From contig CAVSYD010000005.1 of assembly GCA_963732075.1 (NCBI GenBank), positions 46,483-110,482 of the forward strand: a DNA stretch of 64,000 bases, given 5' to 3'. Shown piece after piece: positions 62,034 to 64,000 of this stretch (the stretch's first letter is position 1; each line of letters opens with the position of its first letter). The translations under genes were made by a program, and so were the position numbers. Below the pieces are notes generated by a model. That model did not search any database, had not been told where the DNA came from, and worked only from the letters and a program-made list of their open reading frames with translations. Source of the stretch: an uncultured Actinomycetes bacterium (GTDB lineage Bacteria > Actinomycetota > Thermoleophilia > Gaiellales > JAICJC01).

Positions 62034-64000
62034 ATGAGCGACACCCCGATCGATCGAACCACCCTCCCGATTCGCCGCCCCCCGTTCCGGGGCACCACCA
62101 AGCGCACGCTCGACGGCTCCGAGCCGGACTGGAACTACGTCGCGCCGATCTCGCCGCCCGAGGGGGCACCGAACGTGCTCCTGGTTCTCACGGATGACGC
62201 GGGGTTTGGTAACCCGGGTACCTTCGGCGGCCCGATTCACACCCCGGCCCTCGATCGGCTGGCGCTGGGCGGGCTCAGGTACAACCGGTTCCATGTGACG
62301 GCGATGTGCTCTCCGACCCGAGCGGCCCTCATGACCGGCCGAAACCATCACGCGGTCGGCTACGGCATGGTGAGCGAGTTCGCCGGACCGTTTCCGGGCT
62401 ACTCGGCGATGCTGCCGAAGGACTGCATGCCGTTCGTGAAAACCCTGCAAGGAAACGGGTATTCGACGGCCTGCTTCGGCAAGTGGCACCTGACGCCCGA
62501 CCACATGCAGGGCCCGGGAGGGCCGTTCGACCGGTGGCCGAACGGCCTCGGGTTCGACTACTTCTGGGGTTTCCTGGGCGGCGAGTCGGGCCAGTTCGAC
62601 CCTGTGATCTTCGAGAACAACACCGCGATCGGGGTGCCCGAGGAGCAGGACTTCTATCTCCCCGACGCAATGGCCGACAAGACGATCGAGTGGCTTCACG
62701 GCGTGAGGGCTCACGACAACTTCAAGCCCTGGATGGCCTACTTCTCGACCGGGTGCAGCCACGCGCCGCACCAGGTGCCGGCTGACTGGTCAGAGAAGTA
62801 CCGTGGCGCATTCGACCAGGGCTGGGACAAGCTGCGCGAGGAAACCTTCGAGCGTCAGAAGGAGCTCGGCGTGGTTCCGCAAGACGCGGTGCTGACACCC
62901 CGCCCCGATGCCATGCCCGCGTGGGACACGCTCACCGAAAATCAGAAGCGCGTCTACGCACGCCAGATGGAGGTGTACGCGGGCTATAGCGAGAACGCCG
63001 ACTGGAACATCGGACGCGTGATCGACGCCATTGACGAGATGGGCGAACTCGAGAACACGATTGTGATCCACATCTGGGGCGACAACGGCGCCAGCATGGA
63101 GGGCACGCTCACCGGGTCATTCAATGAATGGACGATGATCAACGGACTGCCGCTGACCGACGAGCAGCAGCTCCAGTTGGTGCTCAAGTGGGGTGGACTC
63201 AAGGCCTGGGGCACCGATCTCATGGCTCCGCACTACTCCGCGGCGTGGGCGTGGGCCGGCAACTGCCCGTTCCAGTGGGGCAAGCAGGTCGCCTCGCACC
63301 TTGGCGGCACGCGTAACCCGATGGTCATCCACTGGCCCAAGGGCATCAAGGACGCGGGCGGCCTCCGGTCGCAGTTCACGCACGTCACGGACATCGGCCC
63401 CACCATCCTCGAGGCGGCGGGCATTCCCCAGCCGACACACATAGACGGGGTCGAGCAAAAGCCGATGCACGGGACGAGCCTCGTCTACTCGCTCGACGAT
63501 GCAAGCGCTGCGGAGCGGCACACGCAGCAGTACTTCGAGATCCTGGGCAACAAGGGGATGTACAAGGACGGCTGGTGGCTCTCCTGGATGATGCCAAGGA
63601 TCCCATGGAAGGCCGATCCGGACACGATCAGGGGGTTCGCGCCGGGCGTCTGGGATCCCGAGACCGACCCTGCGCTAGCTCTACTATCTGCCCGACGACT
63701 TCACCCAGGCGAATGACCTCGCCGCCCGGCATCCGGAGAAGGTCAGGGAACTCCAGGAGCTCTTCTGGGAGGAGGCCGAACAGAACAACGTGCTCCCGCT
63801 CCTCGGCGGCCTCACCACCTTCTTCGGAATGGCGCCGCCCCTGCCCACGCAGACCCAGTTCACCTACTACAGCGACGTCCAGAACGTTGCCTCCGGCATG
63901 ATCCCGAGGATCTTCAACCACTCCTACACGATCACCGCCGAGCTTGAGATCCCCCAGGGCGGGGCCGAAGGCGTGATCGTCGCCGAGGCGGATCATCTGG
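62034..64000 (+). pseudogene. arylsulfatase (formylglycine type), one frame break near 63676; 3' end beyond the window
   Basis: LVLTDDAGFG, CSPTRAALMTGRN (C-x-P-x-R), GKWHL. After gcgctagctc the frame changes and continues ELYYLPDDFTQANDLAARHPEKVRELQELFWEEAEQNNVLPL... to the window edge. Confidence 0.85.

Noticed and set aside
63671-63680. GCTAGC (NheI-like) site at the sulfatase frame break, considered as a sign of engineering.
   Set aside because: A simple 2-nt deletion from gcgctggagctc fully explains it. There are no flanking vector-like sequences.

Overview
The window joins two unrelated segments near 23.6 kb. My GC estimates come from spot counts of a few lines only.

Segment A (1 to about 23,610, roughly 52-60% GC) looks like a phage or mobile-element region from a mid-GC Gram-negative host. 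Signal peptides ending in A-Q suggest an Acidobacteria-like host, but that is inference. It contains:
- a leftward early recombination operon: a YqaJ/Cas4-like exonuclease, a DnaQ-type exonuclease and a 543-aa orphan protein;
- a divergent back-to-back promoter switch;
- a rightward four-gene operon coupled by ATGA overlaps: a ribbon-helix-helix (RHH) repressor, a T5orf172/GIY-YIG-like protein, a zinc ribbon and a secreted FN3 protein;
- a roughly 17-kb co-directional minus-strand operon of Thr/Gly/Ser/Ala/Asn-rich tail-fibre-like proteins. Eight of them carry N-terminal signal peptides. The operon also holds a GH16 glycosidase, shared domain modules and small membrane or coiled-coil proteins. 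I recognised no capsid, portal, terminase, integrase or endolysin.

Segment B (about 23,610 to 64,000, roughly 70-75% GC) is ordinary high-GC Actinobacteria-like chromosome. It contains:
- a SigB-type partner-switching set;
- a CYTH/CHAD protein, tRNA-Leu(GAG), secG and selD;
- a CocE/NonD hydrolase;
- a 1291-aa secreted protein with 12 tandem Ig-like repeats;
- a homocysteine methyltransferase / enolase-superfamily / hydrolase / PRC-barrel operon;
- GH3, typA, an aquaporin, DUF2252 and an arylsulfatase.

Many segment B genes are broken by frameshifts that cluster at 24.2-28.1 kb and 39.0-42.9 kb, while multi-kb neighbours stay intact. This points to regional assembly or polishing error, or less likely to pseudogenisation.

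The most interesting item is the operon of signal-peptide-bearing fibre-like proteins in segment A. The A/B junction truncates genes on both sides and should be treated as a possible chimera. No CRISPR array, rRNA or transposase was seen.
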